Below are positions 1-9,468 of a stretch of 64,000 nucleotides of DNA, one piece after another. The DNA comes from Candidatus Latescibacterota bacterium (GTDB lineage Bacteria > Latescibacterota > UBA2968 > SICM01). A program made the position numbers and the translations under genes. The DNA is taken from NCBI GenBank assembly GCA_965217865.1, contig CBDCJO010000002.1, positions 4,256,001 through 4,320,000 of the forward strand, read 5' to 3'. Numbering within the stretch: the stretch's first letter is position 1; every line of letters starts with the position of its first letter. The notes below the pieces were generated by a model. It was not told the origin of the DNA and did not search any database. It was given only the letters and a program-made list of their open reading frames with translations.

Positions 1-641
1 GTCTTCATCTCCTTCTCGCCGGACGGCAGCTCCACCCGGCGGCCGTTCAGCGAATCGACAAGGGCGTCCACAGACCGGCAGACCAGATCGATCACGTTTT
101 GCTCCAGGGCTTCCCCCTCTGTGGAGGAAATGCTCTTCCGGACCGCATCTTCTGCCCACGCCACGTTTCGGCCCCGCTTTTCCGCGATGCTCCGGATATA
201 AGCTGCCGCGTCGTTGGCCACCTTGTCGGCCATCGTGCTGTCCATCTGACCGCCGATCTTGACCGGGTGCGCGGCCCCGATGTTCGTGCCGGGAGCCATC
301 GCGGCCACGTGAGCCGCGAGCGTGATGAATGCCCCGGCTGAAGCCGCCCGGGATCCCGCCGGCGCGACATAGACCACCACCGGAACATCGGAAGCCAGCA
401 TCTCCTTCACGATCGTCCGCATAGAGGCATCCAACCCTCCGGGTGTGTCGAGCTGGATGATCAGGCATTCCGATTCGTTTTCATTCGCTTCTTGGAGGGC
501 CTCGACAAGGTACTCCGCGACGACGGGTCCGATCGCTCCCTCGACCTCTGCAAGCTGAATCTTTTTTTCAGCCGCTACTTGGCCGGGATAGCCCAGAATA
601 CAGACCGAAATGGCAGCAATAATCCGAAATTTTATATCCAT
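1..641 (-). CDS. NfeD-family membrane-bound serine protease (ClpP-like), 3' end runs off the window
   Basis: Manual translation, not in the ORF track: MDIKFRIIAAISVCILG... signal peptide, then IIQLDTPGGLDASMRTIVKEMLASDVPVVVYVAPAGSRAASAGAFITLAAHVAAMAPGTNIGAAHPV, typical NfeD motifs. Confidence 0.9.
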   Translation of the reverse strand, partial: MDIKFRIIAAISVCILGYPGQVAAEKKIQLAEVEGAIGPVVAEYLVEALQEANENESECLIIQLDTPGGLDASMRTIVKEMLASDVPVVVYVAPAGSRAASAGAFITLAAHVAAMAPGTNIGAAHPVKIGGQMDSTMADKVANDAAAYIRSIAEKRGRNVAWAEDAVRKSISSTEGEALEQNVIDLVCRSVDALVDSLNGRRVELPSGEKEMK

Positions 642-846
642 TTGATACATAGTATGCTATATTCTTGCCCGGATGCAAGAACTATTTTAGCTTTGCCTCG
701 AGGCGTTTCCAGGTAAGCGATACGCCGTTCCCTTCCGATCGAATTTTTTCGTAGATACGGTTTTTTCTTGACATACCGGGGATTTGAAATGGTCGAGGTT
801 AACGATCAGCAAGCGCGAGCCTTCAACGAAACCGCGGAGACCTGCG

Positions 847-1989
847 ATGTCCGATAAACCCGTACTGATCATCGACGGCCATCTGGATATGGCCTACAAC
901 GCACTTTTTCATCGACGCGATTTGACTCAACCCGTCCACGTCCTTCGGGAACGGGAAGACGGCGTCACGGGCCCGGCCTCATCACACCCCGATTCCCTGG
1001 AACGGCGCCGGGGTCCGGACCCTCCAGGGAGGGGGACCGTCACGGTTTCTCTTCCCGAAATGCGTCGGGGTCGCGTCGGTATCATGTTATCGACTATTAT
1101 GGCCAGGGTGCAAGCCCCTGGTCCGAAGTCACACAATGCCGTGCGAACCCAGGCCGCCGCCTACGCGAGTGGACAATCGCATCTTGCGTATTACCGGGCC
1201 CTTGAACGCCAGGGGGAGATCACTTGGATCAAGACCCTGGAGGCCCTTGATGCTTGCGTTGAAGCCTGGGAAGTCCCTAACCCCCGGACGCCCGTCGGAC
1301 TGATCCTTTCGATGGAGAGCGCGGATCCCATCCTTGGGCCGGACCAGGTGCAGACATGGTGGGATGCTGGTCTCCGTTCCGTGGGGCTGACTCACTTCGG
1401 TGCGAATACTTGGGGTCACGGGACCGGAACGGTTGGGGGACTTTATGCCCCGGCCTATCCATTGATGGACGCTTTGAGACAAGCCGGCATGGTGCTCGAT
1501 CTGACCCACGCTTCGGACTTGACGTTTTGGCAGATCCTGGACCACTGGGGAGGACCGGTCCACGCGAGCCACTGCAACTGCCGGGCCATGGTCCCGGGGC
1601 AACGGCACCTGAGCGATGACATGATCAAAGCCATCATCGATCGCAACGGCGTCATCGGTTCCGTCTTCGCGGAGCAGATGCTTAATCCCGAGTGGGACTG
1701 GGACAATCCCATGACCCACCGTAAAACCGCCACGCGAACGATGTCTGCGGTGGTGGATCACATCGATCACATCTGTCAGCTCGCGGGCAACTGCGACCAC
1801 GTGGCCTTCGGAACGGATCTGGATGGAGGATTCGGTCGGGAACTCTCCCCGATAGACTACGACACGATCGCGGACTTGCAAAGGTTCCCTGATATCCTGA
1901 GGCGCCGCGGATTCAGCGAAGAGGATGTGGCAAAGATCGCAAACGGCAACCTGCTCCGGTTCTTCAGAAATGCATGGAGGGCGAACTGA
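847..1989 (+). CDS. Membrane dipeptidase (peptidase M19) family protein, copy 1
   Basis: DGHLD, SMESAD, DLTH, ASHCN, GTDLDGG amidohydrolase/M19 motifs. Confidence 0.9.
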   Translation: MSDKPVLIIDGHLDMAYNALFHRRDLTQPVHVLREREDGVTGPASSHPDSLERRRGPDPPGRGTVTVSLPEMRRGRVGIMLSTIMARVQAPGPKSHNAVRTQAAAYASGQSHLAYYRALERQGEITWIKTLEALDACVEAWEVPNPRTPVGLILSMESADPILGPDQVQTWWDAGLRSVGLTHFGANTWGHGTGTVGGLYAPAYPLMDALRQAGMVLDLTHASDLTFWQILDHWGGPVHASHCNCRAMVPGQRHLSDDMIKAIIDRNGVIGSVFAEQMLNPEWDWDNPMTHRKTATRTMSAVVDHIDHICQLAGNCDHVAFGTDLDGGFGRELSPIDYDTIADLQRFPDILRRRGFSEEDVAKIANGNLLRFFRNAWRAN

Positions 1990-3083
1990 TGTCCGATAAA
2001 CCGTTCCTTATCGTGGATAGCCACCTGGACCTGGCCTTCAACGCCCTCCAGGTCAACAGGGACCTGACCCAGCCCGCGGCCACCGTCCGGGTGCACGACC
2101 CCGAGCCGGTCATGCGGAGCTACGGCAGCTGTACGGTCACCTTCCCCGCACTGCGACGTGGGAACGTCGGGATCGTGTTCGGCACGGTCATGTCCCGCCT
2201 GGACCCCAACGATCTATGGACCCGGACCGGAATGTATACCCAATCGCAATGCCACGGGATCGGACGCGGCCATCAGGCCTATTACCAGGCCCTTGCCCGT
2301 GAGGGCATCGTCCGGTTGATCAAAAACCGAGCCGATCTGGATGAAGCGGAAAAGGCCTGGGAAGACCCCCACGGGGACAGCCCGATCGGCCTGGTTCTCG
2401 CTATGGAGAGTGCGGATCCGATCATGGGTCCTGACCAGGTCCAGGAATGGTTTGACTTGGGCCTCAGGATGGTCAGCCTCTCCCATTACGGTACCAGTGC
2501 CTACTCGCACGGAACAGGGACCGAGGGAGGACTCCTGCCCACGGCAAAACCGCTCCTAGATGCTCTGGGGTCAGCCGGGATCATCGTGGACATGACGCAC
2601 CTGACGGACCAGGCCTTCTGGGAGCTCCTGGATATCTACAACGGTCCTGTGGTCGCCTCGCACCACAACTGCCGGACCTTGGTGCCCGGACAGCGGCAGT
2701 TGACCGATGAGATGATCAGAGCGATTGTCGAGCGGAATGGCGTGATCGGTGCGGCTTTTGATGTCTGGATGCTGGATCCCGACTGGCAGCGGGAGGTCCG
2801 GGCTTACGAACAGCAGACGCACGCGACACTCGAGACGGTCGCGGACCAGGTGGATTACATCTCTCAGCTGATCGGCAACGCCCGTCATTCGGGAATCGGC
2901 ACGGACCTGGACGGTGGCTTCGGGGCGGAGCAAACCCCGCGGGACCTGAACACGATCGCTGATCTGCAAAGACTCAGAGGGATCTTTGAACGGAGGGGTT
3001 ATCCTGAAAAAGACGTTCGGGGAATCCTTTCAGGAAACTGGATCCGCTTCCTGAAAGAGACCTGGGGCAGGCCAGGGTTATAA
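1989..3083 (+). CDS. Membrane dipeptidase (peptidase M19) family protein, copy 2
   Basis: DSHLD, AMESAD, DMTH, ASHHN, GTDLDGG; TGATG overlap with copy 1. Confidence 0.9.
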   Translation: MSDKPFLIVDSHLDLAFNALQVNRDLTQPAATVRVHDPEPVMRSYGSCTVTFPALRRGNVGIVFGTVMSRLDPNDLWTRTGMYTQSQCHGIGRGHQAYYQALAREGIVRLIKNRADLDEAEKAWEDPHGDSPIGLVLAMESADPIMGPDQVQEWFDLGLRMVSLSHYGTSAYSHGTGTEGGLLPTAKPLLDALGSAGIIVDMTHLTDQAFWELLDIYNGPVVASHHNCRTLVPGQRQLTDEMIRAIVERNGVIGAAFDVWMLDPDWQREVRAYEQQTHATLETVADQVDYISQLIGNARHSGIGTDLDGGFGAEQTPRDLNTIADLQRLRGIFERRGYPEKDVRGILSGNWIRFLKETWGRPGL

Positions 3084-3097
3084 TTGAGGGTTCTTCA

Positions 3098-3466
3098 ATG
3101 AATCTTGATATCTTGATCGATGCGGGAGGCTGGATAGGTGCGATTTTGATTCTCATAGCCTATTTCCTGGTCTCTACAAGAAAACTCACCGGAGACGCCA
3201 CCACCTACCAGTTGATGAACCTCGTCGGCGGATCGTTCTTGGTGATCAATACAATCTACTATGGCGCCTATCCTTCTTCAGGCGTAAATCTGGTCTGGAT
3301 CGGGATCGCCGCTTATACCATGATAAAAACTAAGACCGCCTTAGAGCAGCCATTGGAGTTACCCCGGTTTAGCGGACGGTTTATCAGTTGCGATTCATTC
3401 GGCTTCATGGGCAACAGCGCTGGAGGTCTGCTCAAAGTTCATGGGAGAGAGATATCCGAGTGCTGA
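3098..3466 (+). CDS. Small multi-TM membrane protein (CBU_0592-like); C-terminus replaced by IS3-derived sequence
   Basis: GWIGAILILIAY...YQLMNLVG...VNLVW hydrophobic pattern. Removing the IS3 restores ...EQPLR-TAA (stop 4633-4635). Confidence 0.75.
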   Translation: MNLDILIDAGGWIGAILILIAYFLVSTRKLTGDATTYQLMNLVGGSFLVINTIYYGAYPSSGVNLVWIGIAAYTMIKTKTALEQPLELPRFSGRFISCDSFGFMGNSAGGLLKVHGREISEC

Positions 3467-4255
3467 GTGTCGCCGATGGGAGTTGTACCAGCCCTCGATG
3501 TATTGAAATACGGACATCCGAGCTTCGGCCTGTGTGCGGTAGTTTCGGCGATCCAGGCGTTCGCATTCGAGCGTGGCGAAGAAGCTCTCGCATAACGCGT
3601 TGTCGTAGCAGTCACCGGTGGAGCCCATAGAGGGCCGGACACCGGCCTTGCGGCACCGTAGACCGAAGGCAATGGAGGTGTACTGACATCCCTGGTCGGA
3701 GTGATGGATGACGGCTTCCGGCTGTCGTTGCCAGAGCGCCATATTCAACGCCTCGGTCACCAGCTCGCCGCGCAGATGGGTCGCCATCGCCCAGCCAACG
3801 ACGCGGCGGCTCCAGGCGTCCACAACGACCGCGAGATACAGGAAGCCGGCCCACGTACTGATGTAAGTGATGTCGGCTACCCAGAGCTGGTCTGGCCCGT
3901 TAGCCGTGAAATCTCGATTGACCAGGTCAGCAGCGACGCGCCCATCGCGATCACGGTAGGTGGTTCGATGCCGTTTGCGACGACTTACGCCCTCCAGGCC
4001 TGCAGCACGCATCAACCGCGCAACGCGCTTGCGACCGATCCGCTCCCCCTCGGCTACAAGCTCCTCGTATATGCGCGGGACACCGTAGGTGCCATCAGAA
4101 CACTTGTGAATCTTCACGATCCGTTCCGTCAGAGCCACATCGGCCTGCGCTCGTGCCGACAGCGGCCGCTTGAGCCACGCGTAGTACCCACTGGTGGAGA
4201 CTTCCAGGACCCGGCACATCGTGGCTACTTTATAGAAGGCCTGATTGGCTTTCAC
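3395..4255 (-). CDS. IS3 OrfB DDE transposase
   Basis: WVADITY, HHSDQG, DNALCESFF, YNSHRRHSALG; GTGA overlap with orfA. Confidence 0.95.
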   Translation of the reverse strand: MKANQAFYKVATMCRVLEVSTSGYYAWLKRPLSARAQADVALTERIVKIHKCSDGTYGVPRIYEELVAEGERIGRKRVARLMRAAGLEGVSRRKRHRTTYRDRDGRVAADLVNRDFTANGPDQLWVADITYISTWAGFLYLAVVVDAWSRRVVGWAMATHLRGELVTEALNMALWQRQPEAVIHHSDQGCQYTSIAFGLRCRKAGVRPSMGSTGDCYDNALCESFFATLECERLDRRNYRTQAEARMSVFQYIEGWYNSHRRHSALGYLSPMNFEQTSSAVAHEAE

Positions 4256-4566
4256 GAACTCGTAGACTCCCCTGGCACCGAGTTGGTCTCCCGAGCGAAC
4301 CAGGCCGCGGCTTTTGCAAGGATCTCCCGCTCCTGTCGCAACTGCCTATTCTCGCGGCGCAGTCGTCTGATCTCCTCCCGCTCCTCGGTGATCAGACCGT
4401 CACTGCGGAGGCCCTCATCCAGATCGGCCTGCCGCATCCAGATCCGGATCGCCTGGGCCGACGGCTCGAACTCACGGGACAACTCATGGGGCGTGCGACC
4501 CGCTCGCACCAGTTCTACAATCTGCCGCTTGAACTCCGGTGGATACGGCGAATGTGACCTCGGCAT
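4252..4566 (-). CDS. IS3 OrfA (HTH plus leucine zipper)
   Basis: YPPEFKRQIVELV...LRRENRQLRQEREILAKAAAWFARE. Confidence 0.92.
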   Translation of the reverse strand: MPRSHSPYPPEFKRQIVELVRAGRTPHELSREFEPSAQAIRIWMRQADLDEGLRSDGLITEEREEIRRLRRENRQLRQEREILAKAAAWFARETNSVPGESTSS

Positions 4567-4659
4567 CGTAGCATCCTCCTTTCTGCCAAGTAATAAGGTA
4601 TCCACGAAACCGGGTCAAGTCCACCATTGAGATAAAGGTTCCTCCCTTCTCCGTGTCTG

Positions 4660-4805
4660 TCTTTGCTTTCCTGCCACTGCCACTGCTACTTGCTTTTCTT
4701 TCCTGCCACTGCCACTTGCTTTTCTTTCCTGCCACTGCTACTTGCTTTGCTTTCCTGCCACTGCTACTTGCTTTGCTTTCCTGCCACCGCTACTGCCACC
4801 TGCCT
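4660..4805. repeat. Tandem degenerate 24-30 bp repeat (CTTTGCTTTCCTGCCACTGCTACTTG-like), about 5 units
   Basis: Directly visible; related sequence at about 34615-34680. Confidence 0.85.
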
Positions 4806-4898
4806 GACTCACGCATCGGCCGATCCATAACCTGTTCCCGAGGTGTCGATATTTTCGCTTGGGGAGGCGTGCCTTCGGCCATCTACATTCACCCCGAC

Positions 4899-5192
4899 TC
4901 AGGGGAGGGAACCGATAATTTTTCGATATTCGTCTTCCGTGAACGCTCTGAGCGTCTCAGTGCGAACCGCGCCGCGTCCGCCGATCTCCAGGGCGAGTCG
5001 TGCGACCGTCTCGTCATCCGGAGCCTCTGCAATTCCTACCATGTCACAACGACCCATCGTCATGTAGAAATCCTTGAGCTCCCCTCCCGCTTCTCGAAAG
5101 TCCTGTCTTGCCGAATCGAGCCGGTTGGGACTCTCTTTTGCCTTTCGGATGCCTTCCTGGGTCCAGTTTAACAGCATGATGTAAGTGGGCAT
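4899..5192 (-). CDS. GYD-domain protein
   Basis: MPTYIMLLNWTQEG...YMTMGRCDMVGIAEAPDD...VRTETLRAF. Confidence 0.85.
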   Translation of the reverse strand: MPTYIMLLNWTQEGIRKAKESPNRLDSARQDFREAGGELKDFYMTMGRCDMVGIAEAPDDETVARLALEIGGRGAVRTETLRAFTEDEYRKIIGSLP

Positions 5193-5309
5193 TCTCCATC
5201 CCTCCTTTCCTTTATTCTGCACGCCTCCCACAAGCGCAAAATGCGGAGTACCACGACGGATGTCAATTGAGAAAATGGACTTGCGATCGTTTTGACCTCC
5301 TCAAAACCA

Positions 5310-5338
5310 TTGACATCCCTACCCCCATCCGGTATTAT
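5310..5338 (+). promoter_or_regulatory. Sigma70-type promoter for the LOG gene
   Basis: TTGACA-17 bp-TATTAT. Confidence 0.6.
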
Positions 5339-5414
5339 AAAAAGGGAACGAAAAAATAATGGAGAAACGCCAATCCCGGAATCAGGATTCACGACTCACA
5401 CCAGACGAGATGCC

Positions 5415-6242
5415 ATGCCGAAACGAAAACACCCGACAAAGGCCTATAAAAATTTCGACTTTCTGATGGGTCACGATGCCCGCCCCGTCCGGATCCTCTC
5501 CGAACTTTTCGAGCCACTCAGCAGATTTAGTCAGCACCGGGTTAGGGACACGGTCGTCTTCTTTGGCTCTGCACGCATGAAGTCGATGTCCGATGCCCGT
5601 AAGAGGGTTCGAGCGATCACCCGAAAAATCAAAGAGCACAAGAGGACATCCACTTCCATGCAGTCGGAGATGGAGGCTGCAGAACGTTCCGTCGAACTCG
5701 CCCGTTATTACGAAGATGCGGTAGAACTGGCACGGATGATCACCGAGTGGTCGAATACCCTCGGGGGGGAAAAGCGATTCATCGTCTGTTCAGGCGGGGG
5801 AGGAGGCATTATGGAGGCTGCCAATCGTGGGGCCGCACTCGCGAATGGTCCTTCCATAGGCCTGAACATAAGTTTGCCTTCTGAGCAGGACTCAAACCCG
5901 TATATCTCCGATGAACTCAACTTCGAATTCCACTACTTTTTCATGCGGAAATTCTGGTTTTCCTACCTCGCCAAGGGGATGATCGTCTTCCCAGGGGGCT
6001 ACGGAACGATGGACGAACTCTTTGAACTGCTGACCCTCATTCAGACCCGTAAAATCCTCAAACCCCTCCCCATCATCGTCTATGGGAGGGCATATTGGGA
6101 GGAGGTCGTCAATTTTGACGCCCTCGTTCGGTGGGAGACCATATCCGGGGATGATCTGAATCTTTTCAAGTTCGCCGATACGCCAGAAGAGGCGTTTACA
6201 TACCTTCGTGAGGAACTTGAGAGATCTTATCTTAAAAAATAG
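5415..6242 (+). CDS. LOG family nucleotide phosphoribohydrolase (lysine-decarboxylase-like)
   Basis: VFFGSAR, SGGGGGIMEAANRGA, FHYFFMRK, PGGYGTMDE. Confidence 0.92.
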   Translation: MPKRKHPTKAYKNFDFLMGHDARPVRILSELFEPLSRFSQHRVRDTVVFFGSARMKSMSDARKRVRAITRKIKEHKRTSTSMQSEMEAAERSVELARYYEDAVELARMITEWSNTLGGEKRFIVCSGGGGGIMEAANRGAALANGPSIGLNISLPSEQDSNPYISDELNFEFHYFFMRKFWFSYLAKGMIVFPGGYGTMDELFELLTLIQTRKILKPLPIIVYGRAYWEEVVNFDALVRWETISGDDLNLFKFADTPEEAFTYLREELERSYLKK

Positions 6243-6392
6243 GGGGCGAAAACGAAAATAAAAAATATCTGTGCACGGAGGTGCGGAAGTGGAAGGCCCG
6301 TATTTCCATACTTCTACACCGCCAAACTCTTTTGTCCGTTTCCCCCCTCCTTTGGATCTCCCCTCAAACACTTTTCCGTATAAAGGCTTCCC

Positions 6393-8516
6393 GTGGACCA
6401 TGAAGAAGGCATCCTATCCGTCGGCCTGACCGGGGGCAATCGGTTCTGCATCCACACTGCATCGAGTTCCCGCGAAGAGCCGTTCGAGCCGTGGTTGCTG
6501 GTTGAGTCCCCCGACGAATGTGAGCGCGGGGACATGGGAGGCGTGGTTTCGATAACCGGCCTGAAAGGCGGCGGAGAATTTCGTCACCTGGTCAGGTTTC
6601 GGTCCTGGTCCGACTTTCTAACCGCCCGCGATCGGCTGGCGGGTGGTCGGATCGCTCATTTCCGATTCAACAACCCCGTCCAACAATTCCTAATCGCTAC
6701 CGGAAAGACCCTGTTTCGGGGAATGCGCTATCCCGACCTCCATCGGTTACAGCTCGACATCGAGACGATGTCCCTGAACCCGACGGATCCTGAGGGACGG
6801 ATCATCCTGATCTCCCTCTCCGACAACCGGGGTTTTGAGGAGGTGATCGACGGCCGGGAATTAACCGAGTCAGAAATGCTGATTCGGTTGAACAGGATCA
6901 TCGCAGAGCGGGACCCCACGGTCATCGAGGGACATAACCTGTTCGACTTCGATCTCGCCTACATCAGTGCCCGCGCAACCGCCTGCAACCTTCGCCTCTC
7001 GTGGGGGCGTGACGGGTCCGAAGTACGTTTTCTTCAGGGAGGCCGCCGGTACAGGGCGGGCGCAAAAAATCCCTCCTATAAATCGGCCTACATCTTCGGC
7101 CGGCATCTCATAGATACCTACCAGCAGGTACAGCGATTCGATATCGAAGGCCGTTTGGAAAGTTACGGTTTAAAAAAAGTCGTTCGGTCCCTCGGTTTGG
7201 AACGAAAAGGAAGGACATTCGTCCCCGGAAAAGATATCGGACGGATCTGGCGAACCGATCCTCAAAGGTTGATCGCTTACGCCCTCGACGATGTTCGGGA
7301 TGTAAGGGTCCTCTCCGAGGCGATTGTGCCGACCGAATTCTATCAGACCCAGATTCTCCCCTACTCCTTCCAGGATGCCGCCCTCTCCGGGCCCGGTGAG
7401 AAGATCAACACACTTCTTATCGGCATCTACCTCCGCCGCGGATTAGCCATCCCCCGTCCCCGACCAAGCCAGGACTACCCTGGCGGATACACCGAACTCA
7501 GGGAAGTTGGCCTGTTTCAGAAAATCGTAAAGGCCGACGTAGAGAGCCTCTATCCCTCGATCATGTTGACCTTCAAAATCCGTCCTGCTTCCGACACGGA
7601 GGATGTCTTTCTCCCGATGCTCGAAAAGCTGACGAAAAGCAGGTTGGAGGCCAAAGCCCGGATGAAGACAGCTGCGAATGTGGAAAGGGCATACTGGGAC
7701 GGGATCCAGGGGAGTTACAAGATCCTGATCAATTCGTTCTATGGTTATTTGGGATACGCACACGCCAACTTCAACGACTACAACGCTGCAAGGCTGGTCA
7801 CAGAAAAGGGACAGGAGATCATTCTGAAGGCCGTCCACCTCCTGGAAGATCTACACGCGAAGATCCTGGAAGTGGACACGGATGGGGCCTATTTCGTCGT
7901 TCCGCCGGGGGTGGACGGCGTGGAAGAAGAGATACGATTGGTGGAACGTGTCTCATCCGCCCTCCCGGAAGGAATCAACCTTTCTCACGATGGCCGTTTT
8001 CTCGGAATGATCAGCCTCAAGGCGAAGAACTACGTTCTTCTCGATCATGGCGGCAGGCTGATCGTCAAAGGGAGCAGCTTGAGAAGCCGTCGGGATGAGC
8101 GCGTGTTCAGAGATCTGATCCCTCAGATGGCGGGACTGCTCATCCGGGGAAACTACGAAGAAGCCAGCCGGATCTACTTAGACCTGGCCGAACGCATCCA
8201 GGCAGGAAGCATCGAGGTCGAGGATTTCTGTCGGTCCGAGAGCATCACGGAGAAAACCTTCACAAATCCCAATCTCAAGCGGCTGGCCCACGCCGCTGAA
8301 GGAAAAGCCATCGGTCAGCGCGTGGCCGTTTATCAGCGAAGTGACGGAAGCCTTGCGCCTGTGGACAACTATGACCACGATGAGGATAGGGCTTACCTTT
8401 TGAGACGCCTTCACGACACTGCGTCTCGATTTCGGGATCTGTTCACTGAAGAGGAATTCAGGCGGTTCTTCCCGGCGGTACGCGCACAGCCGAAAGAGCA
8501 ATTGAGCCTATTCTGA
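6393..8516 (+). CDS. Family B DNA polymerase (Pol II-like) with 3'-5' exonuclease
   Basis: ExoI LDIET, ExoII GHNLFDFD, ExoIII YALDD; motif A DVESLYPSIM, motif B KILINSFYGYLG, motif C VDTDG. Confidence 0.92.
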   Translation: MDHEEGILSVGLTGGNRFCIHTASSSREEPFEPWLLVESPDECERGDMGGVVSITGLKGGGEFRHLVRFRSWSDFLTARDRLAGGRIAHFRFNNPVQQFLIATGKTLFRGMRYPDLHRLQLDIETMSLNPTDPEGRIILISLSDNRGFEEVIDGRELTESEMLIRLNRIIAERDPTVIEGHNLFDFDLAYISARATACNLRLSWGRDGSEVRFLQGGRRYRAGAKNPSYKSAYIFGRHLIDTYQQVQRFDIEGRLESYGLKKVVRSLGLERKGRTFVPGKDIGRIWRTDPQRLIAYALDDVRDVRVLSEAIVPTEFYQTQILPYSFQDAALSGPGEKINTLLIGIYLRRGLAIPRPRPSQDYPGGYTELREVGLFQKIVKADVESLYPSIMLTFKIRPASDTEDVFLPMLEKLTKSRLEAKARMKTAANVERAYWDGIQGSYKILINSFYGYLGYAHANFNDYNAARLVTEKGQEIILKAVHLLEDLHAKILEVDTDGAYFVVPPGVDGVEEEIRLVERVSSALPEGINLSHDGRFLGMISLKAKNYVLLDHGGRLIVKGSSLRSRRDERVFRDLIPQMAGLLIRGNYEEASRIYLDLAERIQAGSIEVEDFCRSESITEKTFTNPNLKRLAHAAEGKAIGQRVAVYQRSDGSLAPVDNYDHDEDRAYLLRRLHDTASRFRDLFTEEEFRRFFPAVRAQPKEQLSLF

Positions 8517-8519
8517 AGA

Positions 8520-8548
8520 TTGACAAATTTCGGGGATGGTCTTATATT
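8520..8548 (+). promoter_or_regulatory. Sigma70-type promoter upstream of prmA
   Basis: TTGACA-17 bp-TATATT. Confidence 0.6.
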
Positions 8549-8595
8549 ACATATAGATATCCTTTTCCCCGCCTCCTATTTCCCATCCTCCCCTG

Positions 8596-9468
8596 ATGAT
8601 ACCGGAATGGACTAAAGTGACCCTGAACGTGCCGGGGGACCTTTCGGACTTGGTGTCCTGTCTCCTGTTCGAAGCGGGGACGAACGGCATTCAGGTTGAA
8701 GACGGCGAAGATCGGACGTGGGTTCGAATGGCGGCCTACTTCGAAAAAAAAGAGGGAAGCATTGCCGCAATCTCCCACCTTCGCCGGAAATTGGGGGCTC
8801 TCGGAGAAAACGGGAAAAGAATTGGACCTCTGACCACGACCGATGAGAGCGATGATGGGTGGGGAGAAAAATGGAAGGAATTTTTTAGACCCGAAAGAGT
8901 CACCGACCGTATTCTCGTCGGCCCTCCGTGGGAGGACCTGGAGGTTGGGGATGAAGGGATCGCAATCGTCATCGAACCGAAAATGGCCTTCGGCACCGGA
9001 CATCACGAAAGCACCCGGATCGTCTTAAAGGCTTTGGAACGGTTTGTTCGTCCCGGAGACCTCGTCTTGGATCTGGGAACGGGCTCAGGAATCCTCAGTA
9101 TTGCTGCAGCAAAGCTTGGAGCAGAATGTGTGGCTCTGGATATCGATCCCGTAGCCATCGAGAACGCTCGTGAAAATACCCGGGCAAATGATGTCTCCGA
9201 TCGGGTTCGTCTGATCTGCGGTACCATCGATGCAGTAGCCGGGGTGCGTTTCGACGCGGTCGCTTCAAACATCCAGAGGAATGTCCTGATTCCCTTACTC
9301 GATGATCTCCAGGTGCGTCTGAATCCGGGCGGGAGGCTCATCCTCTCGGGTATCCTGGACCGGGAAGAGGAGGAGATGGGGAAGGCGCTGGGCGGAAATT
9401 CTTGGGCATCGTTTGAAGTTTTAAGGGAGGGGCAGTGGATCGGGATGGTCGTCGAAAAGGCCGGGTAA
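8596..9468 (+). CDS. prmA: Ribosomal protein L11 methyltransferase
   Basis: IEPKMAFGTGHHEST, LDLGTGSGIL, LILSGIL. Confidence 0.95.
   Translation: MIPEWTKVTLNVPGDLSDLVSCLLFEAGTNGIQVEDGEDRTWVRMAAYFEKKEGSIAAISHLRRKLGALGENGKRIGPLTTTDESDDGWGEKWKEFFRPERVTDRILVGPPWEDLEVGDEGIAIVIEPKMAFGTGHHESTRIVLKALERFVRPGDLVLDLGTGSGILSIAAAKLGAECVALDIDPVAIENARENTRANDVSDRVRLICGTIDAVAGVRFDAVASNIQRNVLIPLLDDLQVRLNPGGRLILSGILDREEEEMGKALGGNSWASFEVLREGQWIGMVVEKAG

Larger units (their letters stand above)
3354..4623 (-). mobile_element. Complete IS3-family insertion sequence
   Basis: Imperfect terminal IRs TGGAGTTACCCCGGTTTAGCGGA / TGGACTTGACCCGGTTTCGTGGA; 4-bp target duplication CCAT (3350-3353, 4624-4627); orfA plus orfB. 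Confidence 0.95.

Noticed and set aside
3701-4630. 309-aa plus-strand ORF (and similar long antisense ORFs such as 57553-58524, 29513-30412, 1129-1881)
   Set aside because: They are antisense shadows of well-supported genes and show no recognisable motifs.
4660-4805. Possible CRISPR array
   Set aside because: Units are adjacent degenerate repeats with no unique spacers, and there are no cas genes.
6393-8516. PolB as part of a casposon, pipolin or phage
   Set aside because: There are no terminal repeats, integrase or Cas1, and the flanks are housekeeping genes.
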